A stretch of 64,000 nt of DNA from Candidatus Omnitrophota bacterium (GTDB lineage: Bacteria > Omnitrophota > Gorgyraeia > Gorgyraeales > Gorgyraeaceae): NCBI GenBank assembly GCA_003485765.1, contig DNHS01000035.1:127745-191744 (forward strand), written 5' to 3'. Made by a program: the position numbers and the translations under genes. Under the pieces are notes generated by a model, which was not told the origin of the DNA, searched no databases, and was given only the letters and a program-made list of their open reading frames with translations. This document shows, piece by piece, positions 21,283-29,323 of the stretch; the first letter of the stretch is position 1; each line of letters begins with the position of its first letter.

Positions 21283-22251
21283 ATGGATTACGAAAAAGGC
21301 GGAAGGCAGAAAGAATACTATAGCGAGTTGGAAGTAATGCTAAGAAATTGCCCTTTGTGCGGGAGCAAGAATTATATCAATATATGTACAGAAAGGGGCA
21401 ATGTAGGTATAGTGAAATGTAAAGAGTGCAGTTTAATATATGTAAATCCAATGGTTAAAGAGCCTGAAAAGAATTACTGGGGAGATGAGAAGAAATATTT
21501 TGAAGAAGCGAGATTGATATTTGAAGGCAAGGCAAAAAGTCACAGGGATGTGAATTATTTGGAGGATTTAAAAGTTATAGAAAGCATAAAACCAAAAGGA
21601 AATTTCTTGGATATAGGAACCAATATGGGATTTTTCCTTAGGCATACACGTGGGAAAAAGTGGAATGTTTGTGGTGTAGATCCTTCGCCTTCACTTTCTG
21701 AAATGGCCAGGAAGTATTTTGAGCTGAATGTAAAAACTTGCTATCTAAATGAAGCAGGATTTGAAGATGAATATTTTGACGTGGTTACAATGACAGATGT
21801 TTTTGAGCATATACCGGAACTAAAGAAGTTATTGGCAGATATTAAAAAAGTGATTAAAAAAGATGGGATATTGTTTATCAAGGTTCCAAATGGGAAATAT
21901 AATATGCTGAAATTATGGCTGGCGAAGGCGGCTGGAAAAGTAAAAGATTATGATATATTTGATTCTTATGAGCATGTAACGCATTTTACCCATAAGACAT
22001 TAAAAAGAATACTGGCAGAATGCGGATTTAAAGTAACTAAATCGTACATTGGTAAACCCATACAACTCCCAGTTTGGCATAAATATGTAGGCCACTATTA
22101 TCAGTATCCAAGCCCATGGTTTCTGGATTTGAAAAATTATGCGATGAGGAGTTTATTTTACTGGATTTCTAAGGTTGAGAGAGTTTTAAGGTTTGGGAAT
22201 ATAGGGTATTTTGCGCCGAATATTATTGTGATTGCTCAAAGAAATGTTTAA
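21283..22251 (+). CDS. SAM-dependent methyltransferase with N-terminal Cys4 zinc ribbon
   Basis: CPLCGS…CKEC zinc ribbon followed by motif I FLDIGTNMGFF. Confidence 0.7.
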   Translation: MDYEKGGRQKEYYSELEVMLRNCPLCGSKNYINICTERGNVGIVKCKECSLIYVNPMVKEPEKNYWGDEKKYFEEARLIFEGKAKSHRDVNYLEDLKVIESIKPKGNFLDIGTNMGFFLRHTRGKKWNVCGVDPSPSLSEMARKYFELNVKTCYLNEAGFEDEYFDVVTMTDVFEHIPELKKLLADIKKVIKKDGILFIKVPNGKYNMLKLWLAKAAGKVKDYDIFDSYEHVTHFTHKTLKRILAECGFKVTKSYIGKPIQLPVWHKYVGHYYQYPSPWFLDLKNYAMRSLFYWISKVERVLRFGNIGYFAPNIIVIAQRNV

Positions 22252-22298
22252 ACGGACTTTGCTTTATATTTCATAGCCTATAAGTTGAAAGCTAGAAT

Positions 22299-23015
22299 AT
22301 GGAAAAAAGTTTATCTATTATCTTGCCGGCGTATAATGAGGCAGAAAATATAAAAAAAGCAATATATGACTGCTTTAATTTTTTAGATGTTTTAAGTTAT
22401 AGGCATGAGATTATAGTTATTGATGACGGAAGTACGGATAACACAGGAAAGATTTTAGTTGATATAGCTGAAAAGCACAGTAATTTACGTGTCATTACGC
22501 ATGCTAAAAATGAAGGATATGGAATAGCCTTAAGAGATGGTTTTAAAGCTGCGCAATCCGAATTGGTATTTTTTACAGATTCAGACAGGCAATTTGCTAT
22601 AGAAAGTTTATCAGAAATGCTGCCCCTAATAGAGATGGCTGATATAGTAATAGGATATCGGCTTGACCGAAAAGACCATTTTATTCGTAAATTTTTATCT
22701 TGCGGATACAATACGCTGGTAAGTTTACTTTTTGATTTAAATGTAAAAGATGTAGATTGCGCGTTTAAGCTTTTTAGAAGAGAGGTTTTTGATAAGATTA
22801 CAATAGAATCGAAGCATTTTTTTATTAATACCGAGATATTGGCGAAAGCCAGGCTTTATAGTTTTAATATTGCTGAAATAGGAATTACTCACTATCCTAG
22901 AATTAACGGGATGTCCAAAGTATCGTTAAAGTATGTTCCATTGACTTTAAGAGAGTTGTTTAGAATCAAAAAAAGCATAGATAGAATTAAAAATGAGGAG
23001 TTTGTTCTAAAGTGA
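22299..23015 (+). CDS. family 2 glycosyltransferase (DPM1-like, soluble)
   Basis: SIILPAYNEAENI…VIDDGSTD…FTDSD motifs. Confidence 0.8.
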   Translation: MEKSLSIILPAYNEAENIKKAIYDCFNFLDVLSYRHEIIVIDDGSTDNTGKILVDIAEKHSNLRVITHAKNEGYGIALRDGFKAAQSELVFFTDSDRQFAIESLSEMLPLIEMADIVIGYRLDRKDHFIRKFLSCGYNTLVSLLFDLNVKDVDCAFKLFRREVFDKITIESKHFFINTEILAKARLYSFNIAEIGITHYPRINGMSKVSLKYVPLTLRELFRIKKSIDRIKNEEFVLK

Positions 23016-23752
23016 AAATAGAAGAACAATTTAAATATTCGCAATTAGGAGATTCTTATTGGTGGCTTGCCGGTAAATATCTATTAATTACAAAGCTTCT
23101 TAAGAAAGTTTTGGATAAGCAGTACAAAAAGGGTAGAAAAAGTTTAAAAATATTAGATATTGGTTGTGGCCCAGGAAATCTATCTAACAATTTATCAAAC
23201 ATTGGGGAAGTGTTTGGTATTGATGTTTCGCTGCCCACTTTAAAGCTGTGCCAAAAAAAGTACTCAAATTTAATTAATGGGAAAGCTGACGAGTTGCCTA
23301 TTCGCGAAGGTTCTTTTGATATTGTTATTCTTTTAGATGTGCTGGAACATATAGCTGATGATGCTAAAGTTATGAAAGAAACTTTTCGCATCTTGAAGCC
23401 AGGAGGAATTGTTTTAATAACAGCGCCTGCATGTAAAATATTATGGGGCAGCCACGATGAAATATATCAGCACTATAGAAGATACAGCTTGGATGAGATA
23501 AAAAAGGTGGTTAGAAGAGCTGGTTTTACAATAAAAAAACTAATAGCTTTTGAAGCTATTTTTTTTATACCTCTTTTATTATTTAGGAAAATTAAAAATG
23601 TTTTAAATTATTCCAAGAGAGATGATTTTATAAAAATTCCGAATTGGTTAAATTCTATTCTAACAGTTATTGTTTTGCTAGAAGGGCGAATTTCTTATAA
23701 TATTAATAATCCTTTAGGGGTTTCAATAATATGCATAGCAAAAAAAGAATAA
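23012..23752 (+). CDS. class I SAM-dependent methyltransferase
   Basis: Motif I ILDIGCGPGNLS. Confidence 0.75.
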   Translation: MKIEEQFKYSQLGDSYWWLAGKYLLITKLLKKVLDKQYKKGRKSLKILDIGCGPGNLSNNLSNIGEVFGIDVSLPTLKLCQKKYSNLINGKADELPIREGSFDIVILLDVLEHIADDAKVMKETFRILKPGGIVLITAPACKILWGSHDEIYQHYRRYSLDEIKKVVRRAGFTIKKLIAFEAIFFIPLLLFRKIKNVLNYSKRDDFIKIPNWLNSILTVIVLLEGRISYNINNPLGVSIICIAKKE

Positions 23753-24963
23753 TAGTAGCTGTTTTTATATCCGCATTTATATTGAGAATAAGCTGGATGC
23801 TTATTACAAGTTCTCATGTCCACCCACGGATATGGGAATATGAAAATATAGCGATAAATCTTTTAAATGGCCATGGATTTACATACTTTCATTTAAATAC
23901 AGTTTATCGTTCCTTTGTGCAGCCCTTGTATCCATTTTTTTGCACTGTTATATATTTGTTCACAAATCATAGTTATTTAATTTTGCAATTGATCCAAATT
24001 ATCATTTCTTCATTCATATGTGTTATTATCTTTGAAATAGCAGGCATTATTTTTGATAGGCGCATAGCTGTATTTTCAGCAATATTGGCAGTTTTCCATC
24101 CTGGTATGATTGTTTATGCTGTAAAGTTACACCCTTTGGTAATAGATACTTTTCTTATATCATTAGTTGCCTTGACATTTTTACATCTCAGGTCAAATTT
24201 TTCTGTACGGAATCAAATCATTGCCGGCATTATAAGCGGATTGTGCATTCTTACTCGTTCTACTATAGGATTGTTTTTGCTTTTAGCTGTAATTTGGCTT
24301 CTTTATAGGAATGGCTATCCTAAGAAGAAGATTATTTTAGGAGGTTTTATTATTTTATTCGCAAGTTTTCTTATTATTTTACCATGGATGATAAGAAATT
24401 ATATGGTTCATAGACAGGTTGTTTTTATGCAAACTACTACTGGAGAAGTTTTTTGGAGGGGCAATAATACTAATGCATCAGGCTCTGCTTACAAGATTGA
24501 CGGCAGGACAGTTTTAGGATCTTCTTCTCCTGAATTTTTAAAAAAACTTTATAGCTTAGATGAAATGGGGCAAAATAAATTATTCAGAGAAGAAGCATTT
24601 GGTTTCATGAAAGGACATCCTTTTGAAGTGATGTCTTTATTTATAAAAAAGAACTACTATTTTTGGTGGTTTTCTCCGCAATCTGGCATGGAATATCCAA
24701 AGCTTTATCTATTAATTTATAAGGCTTTGTATTCTGTTGTTATTTTATTTGGAATTTTAGGTATTATTTTTGCTTTGAGTTCCAGGATAAGCAATATTAG
24801 AGAAAACACTTTATTAATACTGCTTCTTTTTTTATCTATTTCTTTTGCTCAAAGTCTTTTTTATGTAGAAGGAAGGCACAGATGGGCAATTGAACCAATG
24901 CTCCTAATTTTTACTGCAAATGGAATAGTTAATATAAAAAATATGGTAAAAGGTAAAATTTGA
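23731..24963 (+). CDS. ArnT/PMT-like (GT39/GT83) integral membrane glycosyltransferase
   Basis: Paralogue of 2911-4257 (YENIAINLLNGHGFTY loop), more than 10 TM helices. Confidence 0.55.
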   Translation: MHSKKRIIVAVFISAFILRISWMLITSSHVHPRIWEYENIAINLLNGHGFTYFHLNTVYRSFVQPLYPFFCTVIYLFTNHSYLILQLIQIIISSFICVIIFEIAGIIFDRRIAVFSAILAVFHPGMIVYAVKLHPLVIDTFLISLVALTFLHLRSNFSVRNQIIAGIISGLCILTRSTIGLFLLLAVIWLLYRNGYPKKKIILGGFIILFASFLIILPWMIRNYMVHRQVVFMQTTTGEVFWRGNNTNASGSAYKIDGRTVLGSSSPEFLKKLYSLDEMGQNKLFREEAFGFMKGHPFEVMSLFIKKNYYFWWFSPQSGMEYPKLYLLIYKALYSVVILFGILGIIFALSSRISNIRENTLLILLLFLSISFAQSLFYVEGRHRWAIEPMLLIFTANGIVNIKNMVKGKI

Positions 24964-24965
24964 AT

Positions 24966-25049
24966 ATGTACGGGATATGTGGGAAGATTAGTTCAAATGT
25001 AGCGGTTAACGAGAAACTCATCAGTAAGATGTGCTGGACGCATACATAA
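24966..25049 (+). pseudogene. degenerate duplicate of the 5' end of asnB (28 codons)
   Basis: atgtacgggatatgtgggaagattagttcaaatgta… aligns base-for-base with the asnB start at 29324 (atgtgcgggatatgcgggaagattagtataaatggt…). Peptide MYGICGKISSNVAVNEKLISKMC versus MCGICGKISINGNVTEELIRKMC. Ends in a stop after 28 codons. Confidence 0.6.
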
Positions 25050-25185
25050 GTATATCGCATAGCGTAAAAAAGGAGGCCTTTCATGTCAAAGGGCGGATGG
25101 ATAGTAAAGTTTAATAATGTTGAGGTGGAAAGGTGTTATGCGGTTTCGTAGAGGAGGATTAATATAGGCGCTCCGGCAGTATATT

Positions 25186-26340
25186 ATGAATAAAAACATC
25201 AGACTTTCGATAATTTTTATAGTTTTTGCCATAGTTTCCCTGAATGTCTTTCCCGCGTATCCCTCGGATGATAGTTCCCCGGAGAAAATCACTGATATAT
25301 CAGACCGTAAATATGAACAAGTCCTGATCGATTTGCTGGATAACGCTAAAGAATCGATAGTTATTTCCATGTATGGTATAAGCCTTGGCTTCGGAGAAAA
25401 AAGTCCGGTAATGCTCCTATTAAATGACTTGTTAGAGGCTAGGAAACGGGGAGTCAGTGTTACAATGTATCTTAATACCCGCTTTAGGGACACCGATAAA
25501 TCTGAAGGGTCTTTTATTGAAAGCCCTGTGTTTAAGGAGCTGAAAGACGCAGGGTGTGATATTTACCTTATACCGTCCAGCCGTACGCTTCATGATAAAC
25601 TCATAATAGTTGATAGTAGATATGTGGTAATAGGCAGTACAAACTGGTCTAATTCTGCTTTGCGGAGGAATTTCGAATCCAATACCCTTATTGATTCGCC
25701 TCGCCACGCCGGTGAAAAACTCAAGCGGCTTGAAGATGTGTTGAAGTTTGTAAAGTCAAATACGGAAATATCCGGCATTCCTGATTATTTGGAAGATCTG
25801 CCTGAGGAGATAGCTATCTCTGAAGAGCTCCTGGTAAATAAGAAATACTTTTCCCGCATGGTTACAGGCCAGGATGAACGCGTTTTTGATCTATATCTCT
25901 TACTTTTAGGCTATAGCCAATTAACGAGTGAGAGTGAATTTTTCATAAACATGGAAGATATGGCATTGAGTTTGGGACTGCCTAGCGCATGGAGTTATAC
26001 TGCTTTAAGGAGGCAGGTGATAAGAAGCCTGAAGAGGCTCCGGAACCCGTATGATCTTATAAGCGTAGACTTTCTGCATGGTAAAGACGTCTTCGTAAAG
26101 CTTACAGATATCCCGGGTGATTCTTTTGTTATACCATCAGAGTCTATTATGAAGAGGCAAGGCGCTGATTTAACCTTGCGCCTGAAATTTCTTCTTATGA
26201 TAGAGGCTCTCTTCAAAAGCAGAGGGGAAGATATTTCTTCTATAGCAAAGTCTGATCTAGCTAAGCGTTTTAATGTAAATGAATCCACCATCCAGGAAGC
26301 CTTTAATGACTTAAAAAAAATTGAAAGAAACCGCCCTTGA
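25186..26340 (+). CDS. secreted phospholipase-D-superfamily (single HKD, Nuc-like) protein with C-terminal helical extension
   Basis: Signal-peptide-like N-terminus (MNKNIRLSIIFIVFAIVSLNVFPAYPSDD). One HxKx4D motif (HDKLIIVD…GSTNWS). The C-terminal about 200 aa contain winged-helix-like segments. Confidence 0.65.
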   Translation: MNKNIRLSIIFIVFAIVSLNVFPAYPSDDSSPEKITDISDRKYEQVLIDLLDNAKESIVISMYGISLGFGEKSPVMLLLNDLLEARKRGVSVTMYLNTRFRDTDKSEGSFIESPVFKELKDAGCDIYLIPSSRTLHDKLIIVDSRYVVIGSTNWSNSALRRNFESNTLIDSPRHAGEKLKRLEDVLKFVKSNTEISGIPDYLEDLPEEIAISEELLVNKKYFSRMVTGQDERVFDLYLLLLGYSQLTSESEFFINMEDMALSLGLPSAWSYTALRRQVIRSLKRLRNPYDLISVDFLHGKDVFVKLTDIPGDSFVIPSESIMKRQGADLTLRLKFLLMIEALFKSRGEDISSIAKSDLAKRFNVNESTIQEAFNDLKKIERNRP

Positions 26341-26377
26341 GATGTGTCTATATATAAAGCCTATTGCCTTTTTGCGA

Positions 26378-26454
26378 CATGTCTAATAGACACATTCCGC
26401 CAGTGCCTATTGACTTTTAAGTTAGAAGCGGGTAGATTTATATAGAGTTGGCTA
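26378..26454 (+). repeat. about 75-bp direct repeat R3 copy A, containing operator palindrome and sigma70-like promoter
   Basis: More than 90% identical to 31236-31304. Contains ATGTCTAATAGACACAT palindrome, TTGACT (26410-15), 17-bp spacer, TAGATT (26433-38). Confidence 0.6.
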
Positions 26455-26562
26455 AAGGGTGGGGGCAAATAGCCGCCGCCCTTGCAATATTACCATTCTT
26501 ATGTTATACTCATTATAGTGAGTAATAGTTCAATAAAATGAGTATTGGGGAGGGAAGGAGTT

Positions 26563-27129
26563 ATGCTTTCTAGTTATGTTATCTCTACTAATTCACAAAG
26601 CGCATTAAGCTTTCTTCTCGCGCATCCTGACAAATCACATTACGAAAGAGAAATTGCCAGAGGCGCTAAGATTAGTTATGGCTCAGCTAATAATATATTA
26701 AATCGGTTATACAAAGAAAACCTGGTCAAGAGAAAAATTGAAGGCAGGATGTGTTACTATTCTATTGATATGGCTAATCCATATATCAAAGAATTTAAGA
26801 TTCTAAATAATCTCCTTCTTATTGAATCTCTAATAGAACTTCTCAAGCCATATGCCCGCAAGATAATTCTTTACGGAAGCTGGGCTCAAGGAACCGATAT
26901 CGAAAATAGCGATATAGACTTGTTTATTATTACCTCAGATGAAGATAAAGTCAGATCTATTGTTGACAAATATTCTTATACTAACAAAGCAGCCAATAGA
27001 AAAATACAGGCTATTATCAATACCCCTGCTGATCTCCTGAACACAGATGAGAAAGAGGCTGTTTTTATGGAAGAAGTAAAACAAGGAAAAATCTTATGGG
27101 AGAGAGAAATTAATGAACATAACCTTTAA
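26563..27129 (+). CDS. winged-HTH + minimal nucleotidyltransferase (MNT) protein
   Basis: ATG at 26563 follows a GGAGGGAAGGAG RBS; the track start at 26545 is TTG. GSWAQGTDIENSDIDLFII is the pol-beta NTase GS…DxD motif. The N-terminal about 70 aa are wHTH-like. Confidence 0.7.
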   Translation: MLSSYVISTNSQSALSFLLAHPDKSHYEREIARGAKISYGSANNILNRLYKENLVKRKIEGRMCYYSIDMANPYIKEFKILNNLLLIESLIELLKPYARKIILYGSWAQGTDIENSDIDLFIITSDEDKVRSIVDKYSYTNKAANRKIQAIINTPADLLNTDEKEAVFMEEVKQGKILWEREINEHNL

Positions 27130-27544
27130 AGATTGCATAGCAAGTAAGAAAATATTCCGCTTTCCTCCGGCAAAGCACCTTGTAGATCTCGAAATCAAAG
27201 ATTCTGAGGATGATCTGCAATCAGCCGAGGAAGAATTTTCTAAAGCAGGATATAAATGGGCTACGATTAAAGGCTACTATTCAATGTTCCATGCAGCGCG
27301 AGCTCTCCTGTACTCTCGGGGATACAGAGAAAGAGGCCATTATTGTCTTTACCTGGCAATAAAAGAATTCTTCGTTAAAGAAGAGAAGCTAAATCTTCAA
27401 TTGGCAGAAGATTTTAACAATTCTATGATTCTGCGGGAAGAAGCGGATTACAAAAGAAAATTTTCTCAGAAAGGCGCTTCTGGAATAATTGAAAGCGCAA
27501 AAAAATTCCTTAAGGCGGCAAAAGAACTACTAAATCCCCTTTGA
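27113..27544 (+). CDS. HEPN-domain protein (partner of the upstream MNT)
   Basis: All-helical 143 aa with an R-x(3-6)-H-like segment (RERGHY) and REEADYKRK. Start overlaps the MNT stop by 17 nt. Confidence 0.6.
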   Translation: MNITFKDCIASKKIFRFPPAKHLVDLEIKDSEDDLQSAEEEFSKAGYKWATIKGYYSMFHAARALLYSRGYRERGHYCLYLAIKEFFVKEEKLNLQLAEDFNNSMILREEADYKRKFSQKGASGIIESAKKFLKAAKELLNPL

Positions 27545-27585
27545 GCGCCACAAAAGTTCAGTATTTGAATCACAATGATGTTGAA

Positions 27586-28293
27586 ATGATCAAATTTGGC
27601 ATTAGACAGTCATTTGATAATATAGAACAGATAGAAGAGAGATATTCAAAATTGGATGCGCCTGTAGAGTTGGCTCTGCCTTACTACTGGGATATATATG
27701 AGCCTGTTAGAGGTCGTTTAACGGAAGTAGTTGAAAAGATAAGATCGTACGGGACAAAAGTTTTAAGTGTGCATGCGGTTCAGGCTCCTATTACGGATGA
27801 ACGATTTAAGATATGGGGAAATGAAATAGCTGATTTCGCTAGGACGCTCGGGGCGACGAATATTACTTTGCACCCTAACAATGTTAATAAGGATAAAGCT
27901 GTCCAAGACGAAGCGCTCAAGAATTTGGAATATTTTTCCGGGCTATATAAAAACGATGTGGTCTTTTGTATTGAAACTTTTGAAGGTAAGCGAAGAGTTT
28001 TTACTCCCGATGAAATAGCATCATTTAACTTGCCGATGACATTGGATACATCACATATACGAGAGGACGAAAAGGTCTGGAGCTTGATTAAGGGATATAA
28101 AGAGCGCATCTTCAATGTGCATCTTTCAGCAAGAGAAGGCGCGAGACAACATCTGCCTATTGACGATTTTTGCAAAGAGGTGGTGCGCTATCTGATAGAT
28201 AACAAATGGACCGGGAATGTAATATTGGAGTATCTACCAGAATTTCACGGGCATCTGATAAGCGATCTAGAATTGCTGAAAGCAATGCAGTAG
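27586..28293 (+). CDS. xylose-isomerase-like TIM-barrel protein (AP-endonuclease-2 / sugar-phosphate isomerase fold)
   Basis: Alternating beta-strand/His-Glu pattern (MIKFGI…LSVHAV…ITLHPN…CIETFEG…DTSHI…NVHLSA…EYLPEFHGH), spaced as in endonuclease IV and sugar-phosphate isomerases. The track start is TTG 27541 overlapping the HEPN stop (TTGA); first ATG is 27586. Confidence 0.4.
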   Translation: MIKFGIRQSFDNIEQIEERYSKLDAPVELALPYYWDIYEPVRGRLTEVVEKIRSYGTKVLSVHAVQAPITDERFKIWGNEIADFARTLGATNITLHPNNVNKDKAVQDEALKNLEYFSGLYKNDVVFCIETFEGKRRVFTPDEIASFNLPMTLDTSHIREDEKVWSLIKGYKERIFNVHLSAREGARQHLPIDDFCKEVVRYLIDNKWTGNVILEYLPEFHGHLISDLELLKAMQ

Positions 28294-28489
28294 GTCTTAA
28301 TAGAGGATTTCATGAGAGAGGCCGTAGAGTTTTTGAAGAACTTAGTTTTTGGCAAGGAATATCTTAAGGCGACTATAAAAGAATACTAGCATCGGGGACG
28401 TCTTACTGCGCTGTAACATTTTACCATATAATAAGTTACGAGCCTTATGGTTCTAAAATATAAGGCATTTCTATGTGATGTATTCGAAT

Positions 28490-28574
28490 CGTGACGCGCT
28501 GCGTCACGAATTAAGCTGGACGCACTATAGGAAAAATTACTCATCAAGATATAGCCCAGGTTTAAACCTGGGCT
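28490..28574. repeat. two GC-rich perfect hairpins/palindromes in the Phd-RelE upstream region
   Basis: cgtgacgcGCTgcgtcacg (28490-28508) and the perfect 22-mer AGCCCAGGTTTAAACCTGGGCT (28553-28574). Confidence 0.5.
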
Positions 28575-28595
28575 GCTGCGAGCTGAACTGTTACC

Positions 28596-28624
28596 TTGAC
28601 AGATATCCAAAAATAGGATATACT
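28596..28624 (+). promoter_or_regulatory. sigma70-like promoter of the Phd/RelE pair with internal operator
   Basis: TTGACA(28596-601)-17 bp-TATACT(28619-624). The spacer contains inverted repeat ATATCC-N7-GGATAT. Confidence 0.45.
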
Positions 28625-28666
28625 TTTAATGTAGACACAAAGGTAACTACAAAGGAGGTGAGTGTG

Positions 28667-28957
28667 ATGAGCATTGCTGCTGATTTATTAAAAGCTAATC
28701 ATGTTGGCATCAGGGATATTAAAGAACATCTATCTACACGGCTGCTTAAAGATATTTTGGTAATAACTGATAGGGGCACGCCTGTAAGTGTAAATCTGCC
28801 TTATTCTGATGTATTAGAATTGATAGATATTATTGATGAGGCGGCGGATTTGGAAACTATGGCTACAGTTAGCGAAGGAAGATTGGCAATAAGGGAAGGC
28901 GCAAAAGGTATACTGGTTGCCGATCTTTTTAAAAGAATAAGGACGCAGCGTAAATGA
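28667..28957 (+). CDS. Phd/YefM-family antitoxin
   Basis: ATG 28667 preceded by AAGGAGG; the longer track ORF from 28475 has no RBS and runs through the palindromes. Sequence …GIRDIKEHLSTRLLKDILVITDRGTPVSV… fits Phd/YefM. Stop overlaps the toxin start (ATGA). Confidence 0.6.
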   Translation: MSIAADLLKANHVGIRDIKEHLSTRLLKDILVITDRGTPVSVNLPYSDVLELIDIIDEAADLETMATVSEGRLAIREGAKGILVADLFKRIRTQRK

Positions 28958-29262
28958 AATACCAGGTTAGGTTCCCCGGTCATTCTATTGAGAAAAAATT
29001 TGAGAAATTTCTTTTAAAGATTCATCCGGTAAGCCTGCAAGAAGAAATTATGCAAGACCTGAGTAAGCTTGCCGATAACCCCCGGCCTTATGGTGAAAAG
29101 GCTTTTAAGAAACTCAAGCTGCCTATTCAATTTTATCAGTATGTTGCGCAATACAGAATAAGAATAGGCGACTATAGAATGCTTTATGATGTAGATGATG
29201 AGAAAAAGATTGTATGGATTTTAGCATTGAGAAGGCGTTCGGAAAAAACATACAGAACATAA
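28954..29262 (+). CDS. RelE/ParE-family toxin
   Basis: C-terminus YRIRIGDYRMLYDVDDEKKIVWILALRRR is the RelE/ParE/YoeB signature. Confidence 0.7.
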   Translation: MKYQVRFPGHSIEKKFEKFLLKIHPVSLQEEIMQDLSKLADNPRPYGEKAFKKLKLPIQFYQYVAQYRIRIGDYRMLYDVDDEKKIVWILALRRRSEKTYRT

Positions 29263-29323
29263 CCCACTAAACACATAGGATAGAGGCGATTATTGACACA
29301 TTTGTGTAAATAAAGGGAGACGT

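Noticed and set aside
25086-25493. 135-aa minus-strand ORF overlapping the PLD gene start
   Set aside because: Antisense to a well-supported + strand gene with no motifs. The many other short minus-strand ORFs in the track (2654-2836, 4142-4525, 10902-11231, 43038-43457 and others) were dismissed for the same reason.
26500-26522. T7-promoter-like ACTCACTATA sequence on the minus strand
   Set aside because: Only a 10-nt partial match lying within a short inverted repeat (TACTCA-N6-TGAGTA); more likely a local operator than a phage promoter.
28470-28510. tRNA-like fragment suggested by TTCGAATC (T-loop-like) sequence
   Set aside because: Flanking bases do not form a T-stem, acceptor or anticodon arms; it is simply part of a palindrome.
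28475-28666. N-terminal extension of the Phd-like ORF given by the track (start 28475)
   Set aside because: The extension runs through perfect palindromes and a promoter. A canonical AAGGAGG-ATG start at 28667 gives a normal-sized antitoxin.
29293-29315. TTGACA upstream of asnB as its sigma70 promoter
   Set aside because: No acceptable -10 hexamer at 17±1 bp and only 26 nt to the ATG. The 20-mer is better interpreted as a duplicated junction or operator sequence shared with the RHH-MazF promoter.
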